This document shows positions 37,680 to 50,831 of a stretch of 64,000 bases of DNA, one piece after another. Source of the stretch: Lepidodermella squamata. Lineage: Eukaryota > Animalia > Gastrotricha. Under the pieces are notes generated by a model. It saw only the letters and a list, made by a program, of their open reading frames with translations, made no database searches and was not told where the DNA came from. Location: NCBI GenBank assembly GCA_047495785.1, contig JBLDXI010000007.1, positions 930,001-994,000 of the forward strand, written 5' to 3'. A program made the translations under genes and the position numbers. Each line of letters starts with the position of its first letter. The first letter of the stretch is position 1.

Positions 37680-39098
37680 ATGGTTAAATCGCATTATAAA
37701 TTAGCTTGCGGCGGAAGATGCTGCATATCAGAACTCGGCTATCACCGCCAACTGCTGGCGAGTGCAGCCGTACTCGCGAAACAGACGTGCCGCCATTTGA
37801 TGCCGAGTTGGCGGTCGAGTTTCACCGACGACGGCATCGATTTAGTCGACCCTGATTTGCACGGATTCGTCTGCATCGGCATTCTACCTCAAATTGAAAC
37901 GCCAACCGAAGTCTACAGCCTCATTATCGCCGCTATTTTAAAAGACGATCGTAATTTATTTCTCGAAGCTATCGACACAAAATTAACGCCCGAGTTGGAG
38001 GTTTTGTTACGCTGCGCTGTCGTAACTAGGGACGCTGAGACGTTGCGATGGGCGCTGGAATGCGCGAAACGAGTCACGTTCCCGGCCTGCCTCAGCGCCT
38101 CGCTACTTCGCAAGTCGATAACTAGTTTCTTCGACCAGGGTGTTCAAATCTTGCTCGAATTCGGTGCTTCGGCCGATAAAGGCCTCTTCGCAGATTTTTA
38201 CGACCGGCCGCTATCTCGCGCTACTAATCTATTCGTCGCTTACGATTTTGAACGTTATGCAAATACGGTGATGCTCAACAATAATCAAGAGTTTGAAATT
38301 AACGCTAACGCCGTAGAGCGGGCTCAACTTGTCAACGAACGCGTGAAGAGCTTGGAAAAAATTACGGCGGCTCTTATCGCGTTCGGAGCCGATTTAATGG
38401 CTCGAATTTTAGACGCGTCAACTGGTGATATTGCTCTTCACCGCGTCGCCTGGATTGCGATGCGAAGCCCCGAGGCGGCGCGGCTCATTATTGACGCGAC
38501 ACCCGCGGCTGGGCTGATCAACACGTCTGGTGTTTTGATGGCCTTCGAATCGCCCATGTACTCGCCAATGACCGTTTCGCTACACGTGGCAGCTCGGTTG
38601 TATCGGTCGATTGCAAACCGGAGAGAAGCCGCGAGTATTTTAAGATTCGCGGTTTTGCCTCTACTTCAAGCTGGTGCTGCCTCAGGCCCTGATCCGTTGG
38701 GCGAGGGTGAATTCATGCGTGCCTATGCCACATTTTTCCGATCAACTCGCGACGACGATGCGTTGAGCATCGAAATTTGGGGTCGGCCGGAGGTTAGCAC
38801 GGAGTTTCTGATCGAAACGCGCCGGAAAGGTTCGCTCAATGTGAAATCACTCATGCGTGTCTGCGGCCAGTCTGGGCCGCAGTGGCGCAGCCCGACCGCA
38901 CAGGAAGAGTCGGCTGTTGAGTATTTCATTCGCCTGATTTGCGCTCAATTTCCCCGCTCGTTACAGGCGCTTTGCCGGCTGAAAATTCTACGCCACTTGC
39001 CAGTCGGCTCAAAGTCACGTGATTTGGCCATCGACGCCTTGGACCTGCCGCTTTTTATTTCAAAGTACCTGAAATTTCACGATCTCGACCGCTGGTGA
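37680..39098 (+). CDS. SOCS-box protein, intronless paralogue of 34461-36061
   Basis: C-terminal 'PRSLQALCRLKILRHLP...IDALDLPLFISKYLKF'; shared N-terminal 'CGG.C..S...Y...L', 'LLEFGASA', 'WGR', 'SLN'. Confidence 0.88.
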   Translation: MVKSHYKLACGGRCCISELGYHRQLLASAAVLAKQTCRHLMPSWRSSFTDDGIDLVDPDLHGFVCIGILPQIETPTEVYSLIIAAILKDDRNLFLEAIDTKLTPELEVLLRCAVVTRDAETLRWALECAKRVTFPACLSASLLRKSITSFFDQGVQILLEFGASADKGLFADFYDRPLSRATNLFVAYDFERYANTVMLNNNQEFEINANAVERAQLVNERVKSLEKITAALIAFGADLMARILDASTGDIALHRVAWIAMRSPEAARLIIDATPAAGLINTSGVLMAFESPMYSPMTVSLHVAARLYRSIANRREAASILRFAVLPLLQAGAASGPDPLGEGEFMRAYATFFRSTRDDDALSIEIWGRPEVSTEFLIETRRKGSLNVKSLMRVCGQSGPQWRSPTAQEESAVEYFIRLICAQFPRSLQALCRLKILRHLPVGSKSRDLAIDALDLPLFISKYLKFHDLDRW

Positions 39099-40534
39099 CA
39101 TTGCTAATTTTAATTTATTACTGCCAAAATGACTGTGCAAAACTTTCCCGACTTTTTGGTGGCTTTTGTAATAGGAAATGTTGATTCTTTCAACGAATAA
39201 TCATTCGCATTAATTTATTGAAAACATTTTGACAATTTATTTATTCCTGTTTTGTTTTTACCGTCTTCACATTTTATATTATATCGCTTATCGTTATTTA
39301 TTATTAACACCTCGTTGTGCACTCCTTTATTTTATTGTTGGAAATTAATTTATTATATCTGAAGCAGACAATTTTAATGAGTAAATTCTTCTCAGGCTAA
39401 CCTCAAATAGCTCAGCGATAGCCCAAAAAACTGTGCAGTTTTTCGCCTCTCTCTTCTACTCCGATTAGTATAATTTATTTATAAATATTCTGATATATAT
39501 TTGTAAGACGAGGAAAGCGAAATCAAATAAAAGAGTTTTTAAGGAATTTGTGTCTTTTTGAACAAAATCACTGATTCGAACTGTAATAGCTGATAAGGAC
39601 TGAGGCCTCGAGCCTCATGAATCGATCGGCCTTAATTTCTCGTCATACCAGACGATGAATCATCCATGGTAACAGCCAAGTTAATCGACGGCTCTGGGCT
39701 CCAACAAAAATATTTAGGGTGCATTTCGTTTGCTAAATTTCATTATCGAAGTAAGATTTTTAACGTTTCAAAGGTAATTCCGCACTTGGACCCTGGTCAA
39801 TGCACTGACTAGGGCACATCATTGTACTTCAAAACTAACCGCCTGTTTACCCGGAATCTGGGTTTTTAATTACCATACTTCCGCCTGGAAAATTGCTGGC
39901 TTTACGTTAATCCCTGTGCATCACAAAAACTGTATGATGAGGACGCACGTTCGAGGAACCAGATGAATCAGTGGAGCTTCTGAAAATCACCAAACGAATC
40001 TGAAATGCAAAATAAAATAGTTTTGCTCTAGAAAGGAACGTGATTTTGAGGACATTTTCCAAGATTTTATCGAATTTTGGGAGAATGAGCGTGCAAATTG
40101 TCTCACCCAGCATGCGAAGACTGGCTTTTAACTTTTTTTATTGATTTATTCAAAAGTTAAAAGTTCAAAAAACAGGATTTAGTCACGTGATTTCCGTTGA
40201 GAATGACGTATAATTTTCACCGACTCAAAATTTCCAGCTTTTGTGCCGTTCCACACCGACACGTGAAACGCGCACCTAAAACGGATACTTACTTCATTTA
40301 CAACGGCTGCGCAGCTGCGGAAAACATTGCCACAATAATGCAAACGTCGCACCAAAAAAAGAGCGCAGAAACCAGGTTACACATGCGCTACATTTTATAA
40401 CCGCGCGGTGATAAAGAGGTAACCGCACGGTGAAATGAAAACAATCACCGCTCCTTAAACGGCGAGAAACAACACATGAAGTGGCTGCATGAGTTGGCAA
40501 TTCTTTTCCGGAGTCACTCAACAACACACGCGCT

Positions 40535-42719
40535 ATGTTAACCAAGATTTTACTTCCGTTAATTTTCATAAAATTTACTACAGCACAGGTGAATATTCTT
40601 AATTATTGATCATCAATTTTCAGCATATTTTCCCTCAGAATGAGACGTCGCAATCTGCCGTTCGAATAGTCGATAAAACTGAAGCAATTCTATGTACCAT
40701 TCCACCGAAACCTTCGAATGACTCCGACTTTGAGCTGTCAGTTGGACGGCAACTGCCACCTTTAATCGTTCGATCAACAAAAATTGAGCCCGGTTCGATA
40801 ATCACTCTGAAGTGCCGTAGTCCTTCTCAACGAATCCTCGGCGGGGTCGCTAAATTACGATGCACCGAGGACGGAAAATGGTGGCCGAATGAGCAGCGGC
40901 TTGGACGATGCTCCGAATGGGACATGTCTCGATTTCAAATGACAACTCGACCCATTTCATCATCGGCTACTATGGGGTTAATAGATGAGAAATATTCGTT
41001 CTTCCTAGCCAGGGCTTACTGCCCTCTTGAAGAAACGAATGGCAACTACTTCTCGAGCCGGAGAGGAACTTGGCGTTTGTTAACTGGCGACGCTATTAGG
41101 GCAGGAGTTGTGGTGGAGCTAAGGTGCGATAGAGGTTCGGCAGTGATAAATGGCGCTCGAAGGGCATTTTGCGACAGCGACGGCCAATTTCGACCGAAAC
41201 TTGGAGTTTGCGTTGACACTTCTTTCGCCGTGGACGAACTTATTGAAGTTGTTTACACTCCGCCTACTGGTGACGGAAGCTCAACAATCTCAAGCACGGT
41301 TGCTGAAGTTTCGACCTCACAAAATCCTAAGAACATCTCATCTCCAAGCACTAAAGCTCTAACAACTAGAGCTACGACCCTGACAATGACCTCTGAAGTA
41401 ACGGATGAGCCAGAAATAGAACCTGTGGAGATCTTTACCGCATCAACGATTGAAAGTGAAATTCCCCGCTCAACATCTACATCTGCGACAAACATCGCCA
41501 GCTCCACTGATGATAGGTCGAACTATACGCAGCCAGTTACACTTACGACAATGAAGTCGATAGCTCTGACTACTACAACAGCAATGCGGAGCACAACGTT
41601 GCAAGAAAAGCAGAACAAAACATCCCCTGCAACCGTTGCTAGGGTGACTACAAAGAAAGCGTCGTTAGTTACAGCTACCACCATGTTCCCTACAACGTTA
41701 TCTGAAGCAACAACTACCTTCAAAAGCTATGATAATGTTACTGCCAACGTGACATATGCAATGACGAATCTTACTACAACTTCGTCCCCACTGGCTAATG
41801 CCACAGAACCCGAATACGTTGATTATGGCGACGAAACTAACACTACAACTACTGCGTATAACATCTCCACGATTAGTCCTACTACTTTGAATTCGACGTC
41901 ATTTTTCGTCACGACTACTGCTGTGTTCTCTAATGTATCATGGAACGCAACGACGGTGCCTGGGTATAACAGTACTGTTACGGCTGTAAATTATTGTCTA
42001 TTGCCGAGGAAGGTGAAGAATGGTGGCGAATATTACTACTACACTGGCGACAGCTCATTCCCACTTTTAGACAAGCCCGTGCCAACTTACAAGGTTCCGA
42101 TAGGATCAAGGGTTGAGATAAGATGCCCAGGGCAAGGATATGCTCTCCGGCCACCTTGGGCTAATGTCAGCCTGTGCCTCGGAAGCTCAACACTATGGTC
42201 GCCACCTCTTGCGGAGTGTTACCCGGTTCCAAAGCCAACTTCCCATTGCAAAACTCTGCCTGATGTTTACGACGGTTTCGTTGTTGATGGGCCGTCTAAT
42301 GCTGATTCTGAAAGGCGGATACTTTGCAAATCCGGTTACTCAGTGGTTGGTTCGAGAAGCATAAAATGCTGCCGCGCTAATGGCGAATGGACTAGTCCTG
42401 GTTACTGTTACAGTGGTTTGTTAAACTGGAATTCGGAATGCTGTCAGCGATTAATTTTCGTTTCAGGGGTATTCGACAGATATTGGATGCAGCTCGAGCA
42501 GCGATACAAACGAGCTGTTGCGTGTCCTGCTGCTTTCAACGTCGAATACGTTCCAGAGGTGGGTTGAAACGTTCGATTTAAGCGATAATCGCAAGAAAAT
42601 TTGTTTTACTTCAGGCTATCATCAGCAGAGCTGAGTCCTTACGAATCGCGATAAACTCAGAGCTTTGTGTAGGCACCCTATTATCACTTATCAGTTTTTG
42701 TATTGCTGTGTTCCGTTAG
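40535..42719 (+). CDS. Sushi/CCP-domain protein with Thr-rich mucin-like stalk and probable GPI signal
   Basis: Signal-peptide exon 40535-40588 (MLTKILLPLIFIKFTTAQ|gt), ~2 CCP, ~250-aa Thr/Ser-rich stretch, ~2 CCP in ORF 40606-42567, last exon ~42616-42719 ending in a hydrophobic tail 'VGTLLSLISFCIAVFR*'. Confidence 0.82.
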
Positions 42720-42852
42720 AATTAAAAACAATTGTCTAATTCTGGTGAATTTTCATAGGTATGTTCAGTGATGTGAGATGCTGTTGCAAAGCCAAATTAT
42801 CGAAGCTGCAATTTTGGGTTGACATTTTGGGGCGGATGCTTTAGATTACCAA

Positions 42853-42934
42853 GGTAGCGTGGCCGAGTGGTCTAAGGCGCTAGATTTAGGCTCTAGTCTC
42901 TTCGGAGGCGTGGGTTCGAACCCCACCGCTGCCA
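42853..42934 (+). tRNA. tRNA-Leu-TAG: tRNA-Leu (anticodon TAG)
   Basis: 82-nt cloverleaf GGTAGCG...CGCTGCCA, anticodon arm CTAGA-TTTAGGC-TCTAG, long variable arm, GTTCGAA T-loop, T-run downstream. Confidence 0.97.
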
Positions 42935-43001
42935 TCATTTTTTCATTTGATCTTCGAAAACTCTAAAACAATGATCCACTGATTAATTCCTTCTTCAGAC
43001 A

Positions 43002-43073
43002 AGCAGAGTGGCGCAGTGGAAGCGCGCTGGGCCCATAACCCAGAGGTCTGTAGATCGAAACTACGCTCTGCTA
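43002..43073 (+). tRNA. tRNA-iMet-CAT: Initiator tRNA-Met (CAT)
   Basis: 72 nt AGCAGAG...CTCTGCTA, A1:U72 pair, three G-C pairs in the anticodon stem, CAT anticodon, initiator-type ATCGAAA T-loop. Confidence 0.96.
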
Positions 43074-43604
43074 AATGTCAAATTGTTTTGACAACATATG
43101 ACAGCAGAAGACGAAAAAGTTGGCATGATAATTATACCAGCTGCCAAAGTTCGTCGGCTACTTTTTGTGTCCAGGTAGCAGATATGGCCCGCTGATTTAT
43201 ATCATCTAACGATAAATATTAGACAAATAGGTAAACGGCGATCACGCGCACATTTTTTCGAAATTTCTCACGTTGCCTTATTTATAACCCCAATGACCTT
43301 TGGACCTTATTAAAAAATAACACATAGATCAGGCGCTTTAATCAAGGCGCCGCGTCTCATGCATCCTTGGCGACCAGGGTGTCGTTAATTTTCCTTTACT
43401 TTTCTATGCATAAGTTGCTTCGTTAGTTCATCTAGAATGGATTTTCTATTTTACTCGATGCCGTTGGCTAGGACTTGGACTCAAATCAATTTTAGCCGCA
43501 CCTATTTGGTAGGAGATACCTGATGTTGAGTGACATAGCAGAAGAAAAACGGAAGACGAAAGAGAAAACGCGATTGCTGGAGCTCACATCTAATAATTTG
43601 CACC

Positions 43605-46600
43605 ATGATTTCTTTAAGGCTTCGATATCCTAGTTTCACGGCAGCAGCGATGCTTCTAGCATGCTGTCAAATCCGAGCTCAAATGATGGCCGGCACCGAG
43701 CAGTGGGTGACCAAGGCTGACTTTGCAAACACGTTACCTTCAACGTTGGCCTCGGTTTTCGAGGGCACTACGAGATCGAAATTGGAATGCTTTTTCTACT
43801 GCTCCAAAAGCGGTTGCGATAGCGTAGCTTATAGTGAGAGGAAACAATCGTGCAAAGTGTACAGCCATCCTGATCGAATGACGCCTCTGCCAGCTCTGAA
43901 AGCAGACCTTGAGGGCGGCCATCAGATGTTTTACAAAGTTTGAGCGTTTTCTATTGCCGACTTTTTCATGAGTATTTTACGCAGAAGCACTTCTGCCCTC
44001 CTGGTTGGCAAGCAGATCTGGAAAGTGATCGATGCTACTTGCTGGGGAATCAGACGATCACGAGACCTGAAGCATGGCAACTCTGCGAACGACGCCTCAG
44101 TTCAGAACTGGTCACGTTTCAAACTGTCAAACAGCGGCAAAATCTTTACAAGGTTTTAGGATTATGATAATTTGTCTCCATAGAGAGGCTCTCATTTAAG
44201 TATTAGGCGGGGCAGCTTAGCGGCAGTAAAGCTGTTTCAGTCGATTTTTAATTATTTTCGTATTTTTTAAGCTGCTGCTGTCGATGTATCCGAACGTAAC
44301 CAAGTGGTGGACAGGCTACTCTGCATTCGCTGGCAGTACGTTTATTCGGACGGTTCCAGGTAGTAAACACGTGTAACGGTATTCAGGAGTTTATTACTCT
44401 GCTATAAATCTCAGAGTTGAAAGGCTACTCGCGGCGAGTGGGTAATTGCCCTTACCAGGATGATCCTTCCTTCCCGACCATGTATAACGTCGATGACCCT
44501 GCTCAGTGTGCAGTCAAGTGTGACCGTTCGTTACGAGACACGTGCATCGGTTTTGTTTACTTCCCACCACAGCGGTCGTGTTGGTTCAAAACCTCGGCTT
44601 GTGACAGCCCCGATTCCGGCATGCAAGGCTATACTTACTATGACAAAGTCCACGCCGGACGACCGATGGCGACTTACCAATCAATGGCGCCTACACAGAT
44701 GTCTATATTCCCTAACGGGTGTTTAGCCGGAACAGCCAACGAAAAACTAAGAGGTTTGAAGCAATGTCGCGAGTACTGCGATAAAAACTTTGGCCGTAGG
44801 GCAGTTGCAATGCAGTACAGAACTGATGCTCCAACCTTTGCAAACCACCAATGTTGCTGCCGGAGTCGATCGCTACCGCATAGGTACGCCATTAACAATG
44901 TCAACTCGTACGAAATCAGCTCAGACATCAAACCGGGGCCGTGTCCTTTCGGAATTCGACACCGCGATGTGTGCCTCGTCGTTATACTCGGTGTAGACTA
45001 TTCGCAGCCTCAGCAGTTTGACCGATGTGCTCAAATGGGGGGAACCTTGATGGTCCCAAGTGGCGCCCAAAAGGGGGCGTTGGTTAGTGAATGGCTTGGT
45101 CTAATCGTTCAAAGCGGAGTACCATATGCAACCTCTGGATCGCATGTCGATTTAACGTTGCGCAATGCGCCCAAAGATTACATTACACGGTTACGCGGCC
45201 TAAATCTGTCCAGCTCTCCAGTCTACGCTCAATGGCCATGGTCACAAAAGTGAGATTTTTCATGAAATTTTACTCAGCATTTAACGGCAATTTCATCTTG
45301 TAATGCCAAGTGAGCCAAGTTCTGCGGATTTGTGTGTTACGGGTTGGGGTTTATACGACGTAAGCTGCACATATCGTACAACTGGCATTTGCGAAATACG
45401 TAAGCTATTTGAATTTAAACTAATAACTTATAATTCATCTGCTCAATGACTTCAGCAATAAGTCAGTGGTACCCGCAAAATTGCCGCTTCACGCCGCCTG
45501 GACTCGAATACGGCGGCTTCATGTCAGTTACAGCATCTGGGGCGCCATGTAAATCGTGGCTCAATGCCGGGTATCCCCGTGAAAATTTCCCTGGCAACAT
45601 CTACGACATCCCTTATTGCCGCAACCCTGATCCTATCGCAATGCCGAACGGCCCCTGGTGCTTCCGAGCTGACAACAGCTCAAAAGAATACTGCAAGGAA
45701 CTACCAATGTGTCGTTAGTTTGACGACGAAAATATAGTTTGATCTCTGCAGATGCAGGAATCCCTGCATGTGCAAACTTTTTTATCCGACTAGAGTCTTC
45801 TTCGGCTAATCCGGTTGACAAACCTTGTATGAAATCGGCAATTCGAATAACTTACAGTCGATCCAATCAGCATCTGCTCTCCTGTCAAAATAGGAAATTT
45901 GCTATCGGACTGAAAAGCATGGCTTTTGCGACCCGCAACATATTTTATTCTTAAATATGCGACTCGGGCCTGCATAGCTAGGCCCTCAGGCCGATATCCG
46001 TTGAGATATTCACCTAAAATATACACCCGGATATTGTATAATATTTTGTCGAAAACCATATTTTTAAAGGAATTTTTATGGCTAGAGGCATCCTCGAAGC
46101 TCATTTCTATATTAGCGAATTTTCAATTCGAGATGAGTTAATATCCTGGTTTCCGAGTCCCACTGGCCTTTCCTAATTTTCTGGAAATTTGTGAAACTAA
46201 ATTTTGAGGACAAATTTTGTGGAATATTTCAAGTCACATGAAAAGAAGACATTGGTCATTGGTCGGACGAAGTCACACCCTAAAACTTCATGAACACCTT
46301 GTTATCAGGGATTTGAAAGGCCATTTGCAAGGAAGAAATATTTCAGACCAAAGGCTTCTTTTCACCTCTCGTCCTCATTTTGTTTATCTAGCGGAATCCG
46401 ACTGGGCAGCTGGTCAGAATTTCTTTGACTTTTCAAAGCCTCACGCTGCAATATCAGCTAGCGCCGGAGGAGCAGATACTTACAAGTGGACCATCGAGAG
46501 GTTCGACGCAACGGCAAGCGCAATTTGCAGCTTACCTATGAAAGATTGTGAGAATTCCTCATTTCTCCCTAATTTTAACTAATTAATTGCTAAAGGGTGT

Positions 46601-47046
46601 CCATACTTCTTTGGCGGAAGCTGTTATGCTATTTACGAGCTAGCTCTGCTCCACAACGAAGCAGCAGCGGCGTGTCAATCAGACGGCTGGCATTTGATCG
46701 CTTTCAACAGTGCAGCTGAGCATGACTTTATCTCGACTATCACGATGGGCTTAGGAAGTTAGCTAACAGGGCTAATATATTCGTTGTAGTTTTAGCTGTT
46801 GCCCTTACAGGGTCGCGCGTTTCAATCTTTTATGGATATCACACTGGCTTGAAACGGCAGAACGGGGCGTTCAATGCCTGGGAAAGTGGCGAGCCTGTCA
46901 CTTTTACGAATTACCGATCAGGCATTGGCTTAAATCAGGATTGCATTGTGATGAGCGGATATTATCCTTTCGTCGCCGAATGGGAAGACGCCGACTGCAG
47001 CCAAGCCAAGGCTTTCCCTCTGTGTGAAATCGAGCTCGCCAAATGA
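43605..47046 (+). CDS. Secreted mosaic protein: PAN/apple, C-type lectin and kringle domains (multi-exon)
   Basis: Signal peptide; PAN-like 'CFFYCSKSGCDSVAY....SC', 'CAVKC...CIGFVY.....CWFK'; CTL 'CPPGW..RCY', 'W.SGEPVTFTNY..C..W.D..C'; kringle 'Y.G..SVT.SG.PC.SW..YCRNPD...GPWC..EYC'. Confidence 0.8.
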
Positions 47047-47539
47047 CTGCGGCACGGGGAGAATTTGCAAACAATATTTCTTCGATTATCTCAATTAAAT
47101 CTTAGCGACATTAAACCTTGAAGCTGTAGCGAAGCTCCCTGTGGCATTTTCCATTCTTCTCCTTTTCCTTTGCTTTTCACTTGCTTCGCAATCAAAGATC
47201 AAACCAATTTCGAAATTATTAGTTAGATTTTTATACGTGTGCACTTATTCATTAAAACCTTTATCCGAAATAAGTTGGACTCTAAATTAAAAAATTTAAA
47301 TTTGAAAATGTGTTAAAATCCTTGTCGTCGCCTTTCACTTCACTTCACATTCATGGTTGTCGCTAATTTATTTCCTGCTATTTATTCTTTCATCTAGATC
47401 TTCTTTATTAATCACGAGTTTGAAAATAAATCGATTTCATTGTATAGTTCTTTGGGAAACAAGACAGGCGATTGAATTATAACTTTTCTGAGATTTTTAA
47501 ATACACGCATTTATCATAGCAACAACTATCATCGACGAA

Positions 47540-48160
47540 CTGATGGCCATGAGCGTGGCAGTGGAGCAAGGCGACTGAACGACTGACTGGAAAAAGCGTA
47601 CCTGCTGTACTCTCGGCTAACTTTGGAAATTGCCAAGCTTTATGAGAGTAAAGCGAAACTCGATGAAGAACTTCCGGTTCAGTCGACGGCTACATCAACT
47701 GGAATTTTCTGATGCCAGCAAGTTACTGGTGATTGGGGGCGTCCGGGAGAGCGCTACCGATGAGGAGATCTCGACTTCTTGGATGATTTGCTTGAAGACG
47801 TGGATTTCGATGTTTTCGAGCGTCTAGGCAAGGCTACTTTGTTCCATTCGCGTTCCATTCGCAATCCCACGCGAAACGGGTTCTCGATGCCATCTCCTTG
47901 CGATGGGAAAAGCCTCGGCTAATACGATCGGCTGTTTGCTAATAACCGTCGTGGCTCTCAATACCCGGGTAGTCAAGAAAATCGCTACCGGGGATGTCCA
48001 CAGCAATGGCGGAAATCAGGTCAATAACGGAAACCAGGCCGACAGACAGAGAAATCAGCAACAACAAACCAACCAAATGACACGTCCTGGCACGTGCTTC
48101 AATTGCAAAGCTCCAGGCATAGATATAACTCAGTACCGGGGAACGGTACAATTTTGACAA
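47540..48160 (+). mobile_element. Possible decayed retroelement gag fragment
   Basis: N/Q-rich stretch followed by partial zinc knuckle 'TCFNCKAPG'; interrupted frames. Confidence 0.35.
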
Positions 48161-48321
48161 CGAAAACGTAAAAAATTCCAGATAATCAATTCAGGTGAAT
48201 TCTTTGCTAATTTTTACACCAAATTCTTGTCCTGGGCATAATTGCTGTATTTTTTCCACGGCCTGATTCAGGTAATTAACCTGAGAATAAAGGCTCGAAA
48301 GAAAGGTACAACTTTGACAAC

Positions 48322-48323
<2 letters not shown>

Positions 48324-48358
<35 letters not shown>
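48324..48358. repeat. (TTA)n microsatellite, ~11 units
   Basis: Directly visible. Confidence 0.95.
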
Positions 48359-48924
48359 TACACCTTTTCCATCAGCAATTTGCCACGGCACAGTTGACGT
48401 TTGCCGTTCTATTGTTAGCATGAACTTGTTCACGTGAATGATGGCTGTTATTTTTTGCGTCTTCTTCGTCGTCGTATTCCACTTCTGTGGCAATGATGGG
48501 AATGAATGAATTTTATTGCTCTTGTCACTGGGTAGAGGCAAAAAATACGGAACGCGCAAAAATTTTATGGCGCTGATCTCGCTAAATTCGATCTTAAATT
48601 GAGTTATATTGATTTTTTGAGCGAATTCCTTGAAGATTTCAGAATCACTCAGAAATAATTATATTAATTTCTGATTTATCGGATTTCTTCAAATTTTAAT
48701 ACCTGCTGTGGAAAAGCGCCCGCTAGAATTTTGTAACAAATATTTCTAGTTTTAAATTGGCAATTTGTCGATTGGCAATTTTTTACAGGTACAAACGTCA
48801 CTAGATATTAAAATGTGAAAGTGTCGAACGTGAGCTTATGAACGTCGAACGTGAGAAGTAATGAATGTTGAAACAATAAGAAACATCTGACACTTGGCAA
48901 GTTTTCTTATTGCCCTCTCTGCAG

Positions 48925-50511
48925 TTAGAGGTTCTCCAGTTATCGCTCGAAGGGCATTTTGCGACAGTGACGGCCAATTTCGACCGAAACTTGGAGTTTG
49001 CGTTGACACTTCTTTCGCCGTGGACGAACTTATTGAAGTTGTTTACACTCCGCCTACTGGTGACGGAAGCTCAACAATCTCAAGCACGGTTGCTGAAGTT
49101 TCGACCTCACAAAATCCTAAGAACATCTCATCTCCAAGCACTAAAGCTCTAACAACTAGAGCTACGACCCTGACAATGACCTCTGAAGTAACGGATGAGC
49201 CAGAAATAGAACCTGTGGAGATCTTTACCGCATCAACGATTGAAAGTGAAATTCCCCGCTCAACATCTACATCTGCGACAAACATCGCCAGCTCCACTGA
49301 TGATAGGTCGAACTATACGCAGCCAGTTACACTTACGACAATGAAGTCGATAGCTCTGACTACTACAACAGCCATGCGGAGCACTACGTTGCAAGAAAAG
49401 CAGAACAAAACAGCCCCTGCAACGGTTGCTAGGGTGACTACAAAGAAAGCGTCGTTAGTTACCGCTACCACCATGTTCCCTACAACGTTATCTGAAGCAA
49501 CAACTACCTTCAAAAGCTATGATAATGTTACTGCCAACGTGACATATGCAATGACGAATCTTACTACAACTTCGTCCCCACTGGCTAATGCCACAGAACC
49601 CGAATACGTTGATTATGGCGACGAAACTAACACTACAACTACTGCGTATAACATCTCCACGATTAGTCCTACTACTTTGAATTCGACGTCATTTTTCGTC
49701 ACGACTACTGCTGTGTTCTCTAATATATCATGGAACGCAACGACGGTGCCTGGGTATAACAATACTGTTACGGCCGTAAATTATTGTTTATTGCCGAGGA
49801 AGGTGAAGAATGGTGGCGAATATTACTACTACACCGGCAACAGCTCTTTCCCACTTTTAGACAAGCCCGTGCCAACTTACAAGGTCCCTATAGGGTCAAG
49901 GGTTGAGATAAGATGCCCAGGGCAAGGATATGCTCTCCGGCCACCTTGGGCTAATGTCAGCCTATGCCTTGGAAGCTCAACACTATGGTCGCCACCTCTT
50001 GCGGAGTGTTACCCGGTTCCAAAGCCAACTTCCCATTGCAAAACTCTGCCTGATGTTTACGATGGCTTCGTTGTTGATGGGCCGTCTAATGCCGATTCAG
50101 AGAGGCGGATACTTTGCAAATCCGGTTACTCAGTGGTTGGTTCGAGGAGCATAAAATGCTGCCGCGCTAATGGTGAATGGACTAGTCCTGGTTACTGTTA
50201 CAGTGGTTTGTTAAACTGGAATTCGGAATGCTGTCAGCGATTAATTTTCGTTTCAGGGGTATTCGACAGATATTGGATGCAGCTCGAGCAGCGATACAAA
50301 CGAGCTGTTGCGTGTCCTGCTGCTTTCAACGTCGAATACGTACCAGAGGTGGGTTAATATGCTCGATTAATGCAACTTAATCTCAAGAAAATTTGTTTTA
50401 CTTCAGGCTATCATCAGCAGAGCTGAGTCCTTACGAATCGCGATAAACTCAGAGGCTTGTGTAGGGGCGCTTCTATCAATTATCAGTTTTTGTATTGCTG
50501 TGTTCCGTTAG
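48925..50511 (+). pseudogene. 5'-truncated duplicate of the Sushi-mucin-GPI gene (open frame; functional status uncertain)
   Basis: Near-identical to ~41130-42719 but lacks the signal exon and first ~1.5 CCP domains; preceded by a pyrimidine-rich CTGCAG acceptor at ~48924. Confidence 0.65.
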
Positions 50512-50649
50512 AATTAAAAACAATTGTCTAATTCTGGTGATTTTTCATAGGTATAGCCTCATCAGTGATGTGAGATGCTGTTGTACAGCCAAATTATCGA
50601 AGCTGCACTTTTGGGTGAAGATTTTAGGGCGGATGCTTTGGATTACCAA

Positions 50650-50731
50650 GGTAGCGTGGCCGAGTGGTCTAAGGCGCTAGATTTAGGCTCTAGTCTCTTC
50701 GGAGGCGTGGGTTCGAACCCCACCGCTGCCA
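50650..50731 (+). tRNA. tRNA-Leu-TAG: tRNA-Leu (anticodon TAG), second copy
   Basis: Sequence identical to 42853-42934. Confidence 0.97.
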
Positions 50732-50803
50732 TCATTTTTTTCAATTGAATTATTCAATTGGCTTCAAAAACAACAATCGAGTGATTAATGCCTCCTTCAG
50801 ACG

Positions 50804-50831
50804 AGCAGAGTGGCGCAGTGGCGCACTCTGA
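50804..50831 (+). pseudogene. Collapsed remnant of tRNA-iMet
   Basis: First 18 nt of tRNA-iMet (AGCAGAGTGGCGCAGTGG) at the syntenic position, followed by CGCACTCTG; anticodon and T arms absent. Confidence 0.85.

Noticed and set aside
48191-48559. ORF with poly-Asn
   Set aside because: Poly-N derives from the (TTA)n microsatellite; no other coding evidence.
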